64,000 nt of DNA from assembly GCA_001724265.1 (NCBI GenBank), contig MEDY01000031.1, forward strand, positions 1 through 64,000, in the 5' to 3' direction. The notes beneath the pieces are model-generated. The model was not told the DNA's origin. It did no database searches and worked only from the letters and a program-made list of their open reading frames with translations. This DNA comes from Rhizaria sp. SCN 62-66. Its lineage: Eukaryota. The number at the start of each line of letters is the position of its first letter. Positions within the stretch are counted from its first letter, which is position 1. The translations under genes and the position numbers were made by a program. Below, piece by piece: positions 12,337 through 23,300 of the stretch.

Positions 12337-15300
12337 TCAGATACTGCGCATGGGCTGCGAGCCGTGCTTGTAGACGGACCAGAGCCGCTGCACCTCGGCA
12401 CTCAGCGATGCGACCTTGGCGTTGAGCTCATCAATGCGTCCTTCACTGCTAGCGCCACTGCTGCTGCTCGCGGCGGCGGCGACCGACGCGGCGGCAATGG
12501 CCGCGGTGAGCCCGCGCGGGCTGGCGGCGGCGGCGGCGACAGCGGAGCTGGCGCGCTCGTACCGGTCGCGCGCGGCCGCCGGGTTCAGCGGCTCGCGCGA
12601 AACGCCCCAGCGCGCGGGCTGCAGCGAGCGCGCGGCGCCAGGCGGCGGCGCGGGGGCCAGGCTCGCGGCGGCGCCCGACGCGGCGGGCACGGGCGCGGCG
12701 ACAGCGGCGGCACTGATGGGGACACCAACCTCGGCGCCAATGCCGCTGTCGACGTCGTCGTCGGCGTCGCTGTGGTCGCTGCCGCACGCGGCCTCAGAGG
12801 CGGCCTCCAGCTCCATGATCTCGAGCACGGCGGACCGCAGCTCGCTTGCGCGCTGGCGGAACGCGAGCGCGTTGGACCGCTGTCGCCGGCCCTGACGCTG
12901 CAGCCACTCGCGCGCCAGCGTGCGCGCCGCGGCCAGCTGCGTCGCAGTCGGCCGCTCGCCGGCAGTCGCACAGCAAGCAGCGCTGCACGCCGCTGCCGCA
13001 GCGCCATCCTCCTTGGCGGGAGCAGCGGCTGCGCCAGCAACAGTTGCAGCGGCAGCAGCAGCCGCACCGGCGGCGGCGGCGGCGGAGCCGAGCTTCTTCT
13101 TGGTGCCCGCGAGGCCGGTGCCGGTGCCCAGGCGCGCAAACACGTCCGCGACGTCGTCCTCGGTGTAGACGCGCCCGTGCTCCAGCGCGGCCACGTCGCT
13201 CGCGGGCACAGGCGGGGGCGCCGCGGGGGCCGCGCCAGCCTTGACCGCGGCCGCGCGCGCTGCGGCGTCGCTCACGCCGGCAATGAGCGCGGTGTTGTGC
13301 GCGGCGCGGCGCAGCAGTGCGCGGTAGCAGTCGAGCGGCTCGTTGAAGTACGGCCCCTGCGCGGCGGCCGACGTCACAGCGCGGCGCGTAACGGGCGCTT
13401 CGCTGGTGTACGTCGCGGCCTCGACCGCGGCCGCGGCCTCGGCGGCGGCGTCAGAGCCGGGCGCGGCGGCCGAGGCGCGGCGCAGCAGCCGCAGCGTGCG
13501 CAGCCCGGCGCCGCGCTCGGCGGGCAGCGGCGTCTCGAGCCCGTGGTCGAGCGCGGCCGTGCTTACCGTCGCGGCGCCGCGCGAGCCGCCGCGGCCCGAG
13601 GGCGAGAGGCGGAAGCGCACAAGCAGCAACACGGCCTCGAGGAAGTCGGCACGCACGGAGCCGACGTCGCTGGGCGGGTGCGCGGGGTCGCAGCGCTGCA
13701 GAATGTTGTCGCGCAGCTGCAGCAAGTCCCCCACGCGCAGCGCGCAGAAGCGCCGCAGCGCCGCCAGCAGCCCCGCCTGTAGCGCCTGGATGTAGGGCTC
13801 GGAGAAGGTCACGGGCAGGAACGCCTCGAGCATCGACACGACGCGCATCGCGTTGGGCACGTGCCGGAACGCGGTCCGCAGCCGGAGCGCGGAGCCGGAG
13901 CGCGTGAGCGCAGTCGTCGCTGCCGCCAAGGCCGCGCGCGCCGCCGGCGAGTGCGACGGCGCCGCGCTCTGCTGCGTGGGCGAGAGAAACATCGACTGCG
14001 ACTGTGATGGAGCTTGCGATTGCGATTGCGGCTACGATTGCGATGTCACAGCGCCTGTTGCGGCGCTATCGTCTGTCTCCGCGTGCGTCGCCAGGCGGCT
14101 CCCCGCTGCGTCGATGTACGCGGGCACGGCGACGGGCGAGAGCACCACCAAGATCGGTGCGTCGCGCGAGGAAGGCTCTGAGGTCTGGCCAAGCGGCGCG
14201 AGCAGAGACTGCGTCAGCTCCGGCTGCGCCTGCGAGCCCACCGTGCCGACAGAGTCCGCGCCGGCCCCGGCAGCGGCGCTGGCGCCAGCAGCGGCGGCGC
14301 TTGCAGCAGCAGCAGCAGCAGCAGCAGCGGCCGAGGGCACGGGCACGAGCGAGAGGTCAGCCGCGGCCAGCGCGGCGGCCACGTGCGCCGCCGCGGGCGC
14401 GCCGACTTGCAGTGACAGCGACTGCAGCGGCGCGCTCCCATCAGAGGAGTTGGCATCGACACTCGCAATCGCACTCGCATTCGCGCTCGCGGTCGCGTTC
14501 GCGATCGTGCCGTTCTCGCCGCTCTCACGCGCGGCTTCGCAGTCGGTCATCGCGACCTGTCCAGCGACGGCGTTAACAGCGCCGAGGTTGCTGCCGCTGC
14601 CGGTGTGATAGACGCGGAGCGCGGAGGCAGACTCGAAGCCCCACTTGGACACGCGCACGAGCGCGCGGTCGAGCCGGCGCAGGTACCCCGCGGCCGCGGC
14701 GGGCGCGATGCACACGGCGCCGTTGTCCAGCGCCACGACGTCGACGACCGTGCGCGGGGCCGAGTCCGCGGCGGGCGAGCCAGAGAGCGCGGCGGATGGC
14801 GCGCAGGTCGAGGCCGCGGCGGTGGACGCGGCTCCGGATGGCTGCACAGACGGGACCGACAGCGCGGCCGACGGGGGTGATCGCGCCCCCGGTGCGGCGT
14901 TCACCGAGGCTGTCACCGAGGCTGTCGCCGCAACGGGCGCACGCGCTGCGTGCTGCGGCAACGTGGACGCATGCGAGGACGCGTGCGCGTGCGGGCGTGG
15001 CGTGAGCATCAGGTTGCCCGGATTGCCGAGGTTGTCGGCCACGAACGGCAGGCGGTCTGTGTAGTTGCAGAGCAGGTCCAGCGCGACGATGGCGCCTATC
15101 TGCTGCATTACGGATTCGCCTTCGGAGCGCGCCGCGGGTAGCCCCGCCACGGGCCGGTGCCGCTCGCAGCGCGGAGGGAACGGCGCGTCGGCTGCCAGCA
15201 GCGGCACGTGCGCGTCCGAGTCTGCCGCAGCGGCGCTTGTGTTCGTGGGGTCCCAGCCGGCCGGCGGCTGGAAGGGCGGCAGCGGGCGAAACCAGCGGCG

Positions 15301-15827
15301 CAGGCGTGCGGCGAAGGCGAGGTCGCCGGGGACGGCAGTGAGCACGCGGCCGCGGAGGTACTCCATCAAGATGACGTAACCCTGTCGAAGCTTGCCAGTC
15401 ACTTCGACGCCCAGCGCGTTCTGCGCCTCCGTCAGCGCCGACATAACCTCGGGACGCTCGGCCTTGCGGAAGAAGGTCATTACGGGCGCGCGCACGCCCA
15501 AGGCGGCGGCCAGATGAGTGGCGAACAGCTCGCCCATGAGCTGGATGGTGCCCTTAAGCACGACAGCACCGGGCTTCGGTCCTCCGAACTCGACGAACAC
15601 GACGCCTAAACAAGGCAAGATTGAGGCAATAACAGAATTGTAAGATGCAATAACGCATATAATTCACGAAACAGAGACGTATGCGTGTTATGGTAAGACA
15701 TACCTTGACTACCCTCGGCACTTTGGCCAATTCCAACAACATGGTTCCAGTCCAGGTCGTCGATGTCAGCTACGGGGGCGCATGAGAAGTCAAAGGCGCG
15801 GTAGACTCGTTCGGCCGGGGGCTCCAT
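12337..15827 (-). CDS. Actin-fragmin kinase (AFK) catalytic-domain protein, ~1130 aa, with one in-frame TAG at 14032-14034
   Basis: Exon 1 15827-15704, exon 2 15605-12337. AFK-like motifs SAEGSQGVVFV, VVLK, ELFATHLAAALGVRAP, ILMEYLRG, MQQIGAIVALDLLCNYTDRLP, GNPGNLML, VALDN lie before the TAG. AFK C-lobe-like helices (IQALQAGLLAALRRF, VRADFLEAVL) lie after it in the same frame. Terminal stop TGA. Confidence 0.85.
14032..14034 (-). other. In-frame TAG codon (candidate sense codon)
   Basis: TCG CAA TCG TAG CCG CAA TCG CAA TCG CAA; frame is open on both sides. Confidence 0.8.
15606..15703 (-). other. Spliceosomal intron of the AFK gene
   Basis: GTATGT...TTGTTTAG, AT-rich, phase 1; joins EGSQ-G-VVFV. 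Confidence 0.85.
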
Positions 15828-17325
15828 CCAGCAATCCACAACGGAATAAACAGCAACAACGCGTTGAGCGACTTGGAACTGTTTTCTATAGACACACGAG
15901 GAGGTAAGATTCGATTCACAAAGACGTCGCGTGTGAGTGTGAAGCCGGCTCACAAATAACTCTACATCTCTCTAGTCTGATCGTCAAAGCAAACAAGCGC
16001 CTAATATCCGTCACAAAACAGGCAGAAACATTCGAAACAGAATCTTATATCGAAGAAAATCGCGATTACACCCGACACTTAATGAGATAACAAGCAATCC
16101 AAGATCTAAACACACTCTCTGCATGGTTCCGAAAAAAGGAACAGAATTCTTGCTCGCATTTGCGCAAATAGCGGCCGCCTCATGGCCCGACTTTGACTGT
16201 CTTTGTTTTTCACACTCGCTTTATGCAATAGCATTGTGCTAGCGCTTAGTGGTTGTTCACATGATACTTAGTATTCTGTGAATATCTGAGCTTCATGAGA
16301 GACGGCTTTACCAGAGAATTTCGCTGCTTTGGCTGATCGATGTGAAGCTCGTCTACAAGAAGCGCGTTGACATTATTTTGTCCGCCTATGGGTGACAAGA
16401 TGTTCTCACATCACGCTGCCTTCTCCATTGTCATGCTCCCAGCACAAATTGGTGCGCATGAACATAGTTTGGTTTCTGTCTGATGCACAAATGCCCCTCA
16501 GACGCCCTCCTCGTTAGTGGTACGTCGCATCTGCGAGAGCATCTTTTGATCTTATTACCTCGTGTTGGGAATGATTATTAACACTATATACGGTAGACTT
16601 CAGAAAGTGTAGCTTGGCAACGTCCCGGCTTGTGTTGAAACTGTTCTTGTATGACCCTTCACATTCATTCCTTCATGGCATGCGAACATTTCCGACTCCT
16701 CAGCTCACCTAGTCTCATTCTCTTTCTTCTTGTTTCACATAGGTCTTCGACATGGCTCTCTATTGCCTTCTGACAAGGTTATTGTGACACGTATTCATTT
16801 CGCCAAGATAGATGTTTTCATTTTTTGAGCACCAATGGAGTTGTTTAATCAATACACATCTTTAGTTCAACCATGCAGCATGCTCCATACGCTTATTATC
16901 TTGCACATGACAATATCCCCATACACATGATGTTACAGTGTCGGTGATCAAGCAATCTCAATTGTAAATTACAAACCTCACTTAATTTTTGATTGTTTTC
17001 AGAAACCCGAACGAGTCTGCCTCCCGCAGCTTTTCCAACCGTCACGAGGAGTACAAGATAGGTGGCGTATGCTAAAGTTGAGTAAATGTTAGGATATGTA
17101 TTCATGTTCGTTGTTTTGACTCGCTACGCTTTAGTACACGCACATTATTCGTTGCTACATAGTTATCTTATTGTTTCATGTATCTTGATGGTAATATCCG
17201 TACTGATGTGACAGTCATGGCTCGAATGTCCGCTGCGGGTTGGTTTACTTCCAGCGTGAGTAGCTGAATGCAACACAACGTATTTCTTCCTTCAGTCAGG
17301 TCCATGCGTTCGATTCCAATTAAAT

Positions 17326-20300
17326 TTAGTTGCGATCTTGGCCCCGCACGCTGCGACGACGCCCACTTGCGTCAAAAGTCGACGCGGCGTCAGCATCAGC
17401 CTCAGCTTCAGCCTTGCCAGCAGGCGCGGCCGTCTCCGCGACCGCCTCTGTTGCGGTCGCCTGCGCGGCACCAGCCTTGTCAACCTTGCCCTTACCGGGC
17501 GTCTTGGCAGGAGTACTCTTCTTGGTGCTCTTGTTTGATGCGGCGGCCGCGGGGGCAGCGGGGGTGAAGGCCTCCGCCTCAGTTTCCGCCTCCGCAGACT
17601 CGGCGGAGGTGGGCGCAGCGGTGGCAGGAGCGGGAGAGGTGTCGACCCCACTGCGGCGCGTGCGGGCGTTGGTTCGAGGCGCAACACTGTCTGCCTCCGC
17701 ACTCGTCGCGCCATTCTCGGCCTCAGCAACAGGCACAGCCGCGGCCGCATCAGCAGCAGGTGCGACATTGTCCTCAGCGGCCGCATCGGCGGACACCGCC
17801 TCAGCATCGGCCGCGGCGTTCGCAGCTGCTGCCTCCGCGGCGGCGCGCCGAGCTGCAGAGGCCGCGGCGGCGCCTCCAAGCTTACGGGGCTTGGCGGCCT
17901 GGGCAGCCTGGGCCTTCGGCGGCAGAGCAGCATCCGAGCTTTCGTCAGTCATCGCTGCACCCGCAGCGCCCGCCTTCTCCAGCGCATCCGCTTGGGCGGC
18001 ATCATTGGCGGCAGCTGCCTCCTTAGCGGCGGCGGCTTTCTTGGCTTCCTGCGCAGCCTTCGCGGCTTGGGCGGCCTTGGACGCCTTAGAAGCCTTGCTG
18101 GCCGGGGTCTTGGCGGGCTTCACATCATCCGCCGCCTCCTCCGCCGCCGCCTCAGAGCCGGCTTCTGCAACGGAGCTTGCTACGCTCGCGGCAGCCTCGG
18201 CAATCTTAGCGCTGTTCTTGCCGGAAACCCTGAGCGGCGGCGCGGTCCCCGAGACCTCGGCTGCCACGGCTGCCCGCATTTCCTCGAACGAGAGCCCCGC
18301 ATAGGGGTCTGCCTCGGGCGGCGGGATCACCGGCGACGGCAACTCCGCCCACTGCGCGCGCGCGCGCTCGACGTTGCGCTCCAGACCGGGCAGCGTGTGC
18401 GACACGAAGTCGGGGAAGGCTAGCACCGCGTCGGAGAGCGAAACGTCTTCCTCTTCCTCCGCAGCAGCAGCACCGTCCGCTGCGCCCGCGGCGGGACGGG
18501 CACGCTTCACACGCGCCGCGCCGTCTTCACCATCCTCCTCGTCGTTCGCGACGGCGGAGGCGGCACCCGCGTTCTTACCGGCGGCGAGCGCGGCGCGGCG
18601 GCGGGCGAGCTGGCGCGCGATAGCGTCGTAGAGCTGGCCCTCGGCGGCGAGCTCGCGGACCGGCACTTCCAGCTCGCCGGCGCGCACCTGCAACGACGGC
18701 GCAGACACGTGGTACGGCGGGCCCGGCAGCAGGCGAGGCTCGCGGATGGCCGCGTGGCCAGTCTCGGTGCCACGCGGAATAACGCCACTGCCCAGGCGCT
18801 TCTTGATCGTGATCGTCAGCGGCATCGCGGGCGTCGCCAGCAGCGGCGCGTAAATACGGCTCAGCGCGTTGTCGCGCAGGCGCGCCGGGCCCTCGGCCAG
18901 CAACTCGCCCCCGCCCACATTGAACGACTGCGCCGCCGAGCTTGGAAGCGAGGCTCCGCTGGCGCTCGCATTCAGGCTCAGGCTAGCATCCGCGGACTCC
19001 TTGTCACCGTCATCGCCAGCAGATGAATTGCTGACCTGCTTATTAGCGCCAATCATGACTTCACCACTGCTCGGCGTCGCTTGAGCGTCTCCACTCTTCT
19101 TAACGGCATCGGTTTCCTTCGCAGCAGCGTCATCGTCGTCGTCGCCGTCGCTGCTGGAGAACTCGTCCTGGCAGTCGGAGCCCATGAAGTTGAGCATGCG
19201 AGCCGAGATCGTGTTGATGCGCAGCGTCACGCGCGGACCGCGCGGGAGTCCGTCGCGTGGGTCCAGCGGTGCCATGTCCACGGAGATCGGTGTACTCTCA
19301 TCCGCGTCGCCACTTGCGTCAAGCTCGGCGGGGGCTTCGGCGGCGGCAGCGGCCACGGTTGCAGCCTCAGCGGACGCAGCGTCAGCCGCACGCGTCGCAG
19401 CGCGCTCCGCGATGCGCTCTTCGCGGCTACGCGTGGCGTTTGCGCGCGCGGCCTCGAGGGCGCGCTCAGCTTCTTCGCAGGCCGAAGTCAACCCATAGCG
19501 CGCGGGCGCGTTGGGCGCGCGCGTGAAGGGCAGCGTAAGACGCACGCCACCCGCAGAGCGGAAGACGGGGTGCAGCGGCTCATTGTTCCAGCCCAAGTCG
19601 TCGACCGATAACACGTGCGATACGAGCGCGCGACCCGGCTGAGCCATGAATGCTGCGAACATGCCGCCTCCCACACTCTTAAAGGCGTTGCCGTAAATCT
19701 TTCGTTTCGAAAGCATCGCCGCAAAATAGGAGACCACGTTTGCGCGCACTGATAACTCGCCACTCGGATGCACCTGAGTACGTTCCTGCAGTTCAGCGAG
19801 GTTGGACTCAGCGTTTTCAATGGACTCTGCAGCTTCATCATCAATGTCAGTGTCATCTTCAGAAGTGTCACTGTCGTCACTGAGCGCGGCAGCGGCTGCT
19901 GCAGCCGCTGCCGGGCGCCCACGCGGCCTCGGACGCGCGTTCTCGGAGGCCGCGGCACTGGCGGGCGTGGCAGCGAGTGGCGCCGCCTGGTATGCGAGCG
20001 CAAGAGCATGGTTACATTTCTAGAACTCGCGGCGCTTCTCGGCGCTGACTTCCGGCGGGTAGGCGCGCGACTGACAGTTGACTGGGTCGGCGCGCTGGCA
20101 CTGCTGGCAGTAGAAAACCTCCAGGTCGCACTCGGCGGCGGCGATGGTGAGCCCCACGCAGCGCGGGTGGAACCAGCGCTCGCAGGGACCCTCGCAGCCG
20201 AGCAAGTGGTTGCCGTCCTCGGAGATGAGCAAGTCGTGCACGTCCACACTCGCATCAGTGACCTTGACCAGCTGCACGCCGCTGCCCTGCGAGCCGCAGA

Positions 20301-23300
20301 TGCAGAAGGAGGCCGCATCCTCGATGCCGGCCGCACCGGCCCCAGCCGCTTGCCCGCCCGCGCGCGCTGCCATGTGGCCTCCACGCGCTCCGCCGCGGCC
20401 GCCGCGCATCGCGCTGCGCTGGGCGGTGCGCGCGGCGTCGTTGTGGACGCGCGCCTCGACCTTGGTGATCGCGGCGTCGAGCGCGCGCCAGCACTGCTGG
20501 ATGAGCTTGCTCTTGGCGGGGTCGTTGGACTCTTGCGCCAGTGCCGCAGCGCGCGCCGCAGATGAATTGACCGAGCTGGCCGCGAAGAGCTGCTGCGCGG
20601 ACACGTACGGCGTCGTCGAGCGCACGCGGTAGCAGTACGTCGTGCCGCCCACGTACGGCACGCCAGCGGCGGCCGCGGCGGCGCGCGTTTCCTCCTCGTC
20701 GTCGCCCACCGCGGAAGCGGCGCCGGTGGCGGCAGTGGCGGCAGTGGCGGCAGTGGATGCGGTGGACTCGACTGTGTAGTCAACGCCGGGACCAAAGATT
20801 TGCGGCGGCAGTGGCACGCCCATCGCCATGAGCTGCACCTGCAGCAACCCGGGGCCGGCGTGGGCGTTGCCGATACCGGGCCGCAGCGCAGCGGCCGCGG
20901 CGGCGGCCTGCGCAGCATGGTCGGACGACTCGATGCCGTAGTTCATCGCTGTGGCCGACGCAGCCGCAGTTGAGCAGGTCTGCATGCAAGACAGCAAGGC
21001 ATGTGACAAGTTTTGCTGGATGCGCTGCAGCACTGGCGCCGGCGGGACAACCACGTTCGACAGCGGCACAGGCGCAGTGCCCGGCGGGGACGCCACGGCA
21101 GGCGGCGCAGAACCGGGCGGGGCCATTGACTCGGGCAGCGGCACGCTATGCGTGCGGTGGAGCTGCTGCGCGTGCTGTTGCTGCAGCTGCGTCAGATGCG
21201 CTTGCTGCTGGCGCTGCAGTTGTTGCGCGCGCGCGTACTCAGCGTAGGCCGTCAGGACCGCGGCCTCGTGGCGCCGCTGGCGCTGCATGGCGGCCATGCG
21301 CGCAGGCGGTGACCGCAGCGCAGGGGCAGCGTTGCCGCTCATGGTCGCGGCGCCCATGCTGTACTCGCTCATCCCAGTCGTCGCAATGTTGCCTACAAGC
21401 AGGTTGTACAGCGCGCGCGCACGCGCCTTGTTGTTGGCGAGCGTCTGCGCGTTGAGCTCGCGGTGCAGAAGCATTAGCTCGCACGACACCATGTCGACGA
21501 CGGTGCCACCGCCGAGGCTGATCGAGGCCGACGTCGTCGCACTGCCCGCGGGAGTCACAGCGCTGTCCTCAACCAAGGTGCTCACAACGCGCGCCACTTC
21601 GCGCACGCGGTCGTGCTCCGCCTCGACGACCAAACGGCCGCCGACACTCGTCAGCGTCTCGGCGCGCGCCAGCGAGCTCACGCCTGGAGTCGCCGCCCCC
21701 GCGGCCGGGAACGGCAGCACGTAGCGCTTCGCCTTGAAGCGCTGACACATCTCGACGATGTCGTGCGTCGACGGAATACGCGCACGTGCGCAGAAGGCCG
21801 TTGCCAGCGCGGCGGCCGCAATGCGCACGCGGCGGCGGATAAGGCGGGAGAGAGCCTCAACGCGGCCACCGCTCTGCGTAGCAAAGGAACGCAACAGTGC
21901 AGTCTCGAAGGTTGCCTTGATGAAGCTCACGTCGGCGCCCGCGAGGCCACCAATGCGCGCATTGATGGCGTCAGAGCCGACGGAGCCTGCCAGCGCAGCA
22001 CCGTGGGCGCCACCGGCAGCGACCGCCATCTGCATCGCGGCGCCGAGCGGCAGCGGGCCGTGCACCCACCAGTAGCCGGGACCGAAGGCGTGCAGCGCGG
22101 CCAGCGGCGGCAGCGGGTGAAGCGAGGGCGGGTGGCGCAGCGCAAGGCTCTTGACACGCAGCGCCTGCAGCACCGAGTGCGGGCCCGGCGCAACAAGAGG
22201 CACCGCGTCGGTGACAAGGCCGGAGCCAGTGACGGCGCCTGCGATCGCGGCGGGCTGCGAGGCAGCGACGCCAGCGGTCTGCCGCGCCAGCGCCTGGAAC
22301 ACGCTCACGGGCTGGAGCACCGTGCCGGGCACGTACTCGAGCCCCGGCGCGGGAGACGCGTCGCTCTCAAGCGAGACAACAGCACCTGAGCCGGTGGCGA
22401 CGGCTTCGAAGCTGACCGCAGTGGCAGTTTCAATCGCGTTCACCGTGCGCTGAAGCAGTTCGAAGGCCGTCTTGCGCCAAGGCGCACCGTGAGGGCCAGG
22501 GTCGAGAGACGCGATCAGGGCAGCCGCCTCGCGCGCGTCACCGTTTGCGGGCGCGGCGCCAAGTCCGAACACGGGGCGTAGGGCAGCGGGCACGCAGTCG
22601 CGCCACAAAGCGGGCTCATTTGCGGTGCCCAACACAGCAGACGCCGCCGAGAGCGCGGTGGTCACGGTCTGCGAGGCACTGGCCGGCAGCGCGATAGCGC
22701 CTCCGACGCTGCCATCAACCATGGCCGTTGCTAGGCGAGCGCGCTTGGTGTCCTCAGGTCCGACCGTAGCCGGTGACCGCTTGATCTGAGCAGTGGCGCT
22801 GTGCTGGCGCTGCCACATGCGCTCGACAGCGGCGGCGCCCTCAGCCAGCGTCACGAGCGGACTGGTATTCGCACCCAGTGCGGCGGCCGCGGCGGGCGCA
22901 GAGGCCGCGGCTACGGACGACGACACGAGGTGGCTGATCACGGCAGACACACAGCCGGAAGCCGTGGCCGACACCGACGGCAGCGTGCCCTCGGGGTTCG
23001 CGGCGGCCTTCTCGGCGATCACGGCGGTCTCAGCGCGCGCGCGGCCGCGGGCGAGCGCGGCAGAGGCAGCGACAGAGGCACGAGTGTTGAATGCCGTGGT
23101 GCGCGCCGCTGCGGCAAAGGCGGCCCAGCGCAGTCGACGCGGGCTCAGAAGCGCTTCGAGCGCGCGAGGCAGCATCGGACCGGAGCGGCGCGCATGAGTG
23201 ATCGGCGCCATCAACGCACAGACGTGCGCGAGCGACGGCAGGTAGCAAACGCCATCCTCGGCCGCGGTGGGCACAGCGGGGTCTTCATCCTCGTCTTCGC

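Noticed and set aside
14032-14049. Tiny GT-AG introns removing the TAGs (GTGACA..TAG 18 nt; GTCAGC..TAG 30 nt at 20020; GTAGACTAG 9 nt at 30283)
   Set aside because: Donors do not match the GTAYG pattern seen here, and lengths and composition are unlike the AT/pyrimidine-rich introns of roughly 100-180 nt in this window.
12337-15827. Calling the AFK and giant PHD loci pseudogenes
   Set aside because: No frameshifts, no TAA/TGA interruptions and intact motifs over ~20 kb; only single TAGs. Recent nonsense alleles cannot be fully excluded without reads.
16290-16900. Possible small spliced gene (acceptor-like TTGTTTCACATAG near 16742)
   Set aside because: Frames I tried are closed by TGA/TAA even allowing TAG readthrough; no recognisable product.
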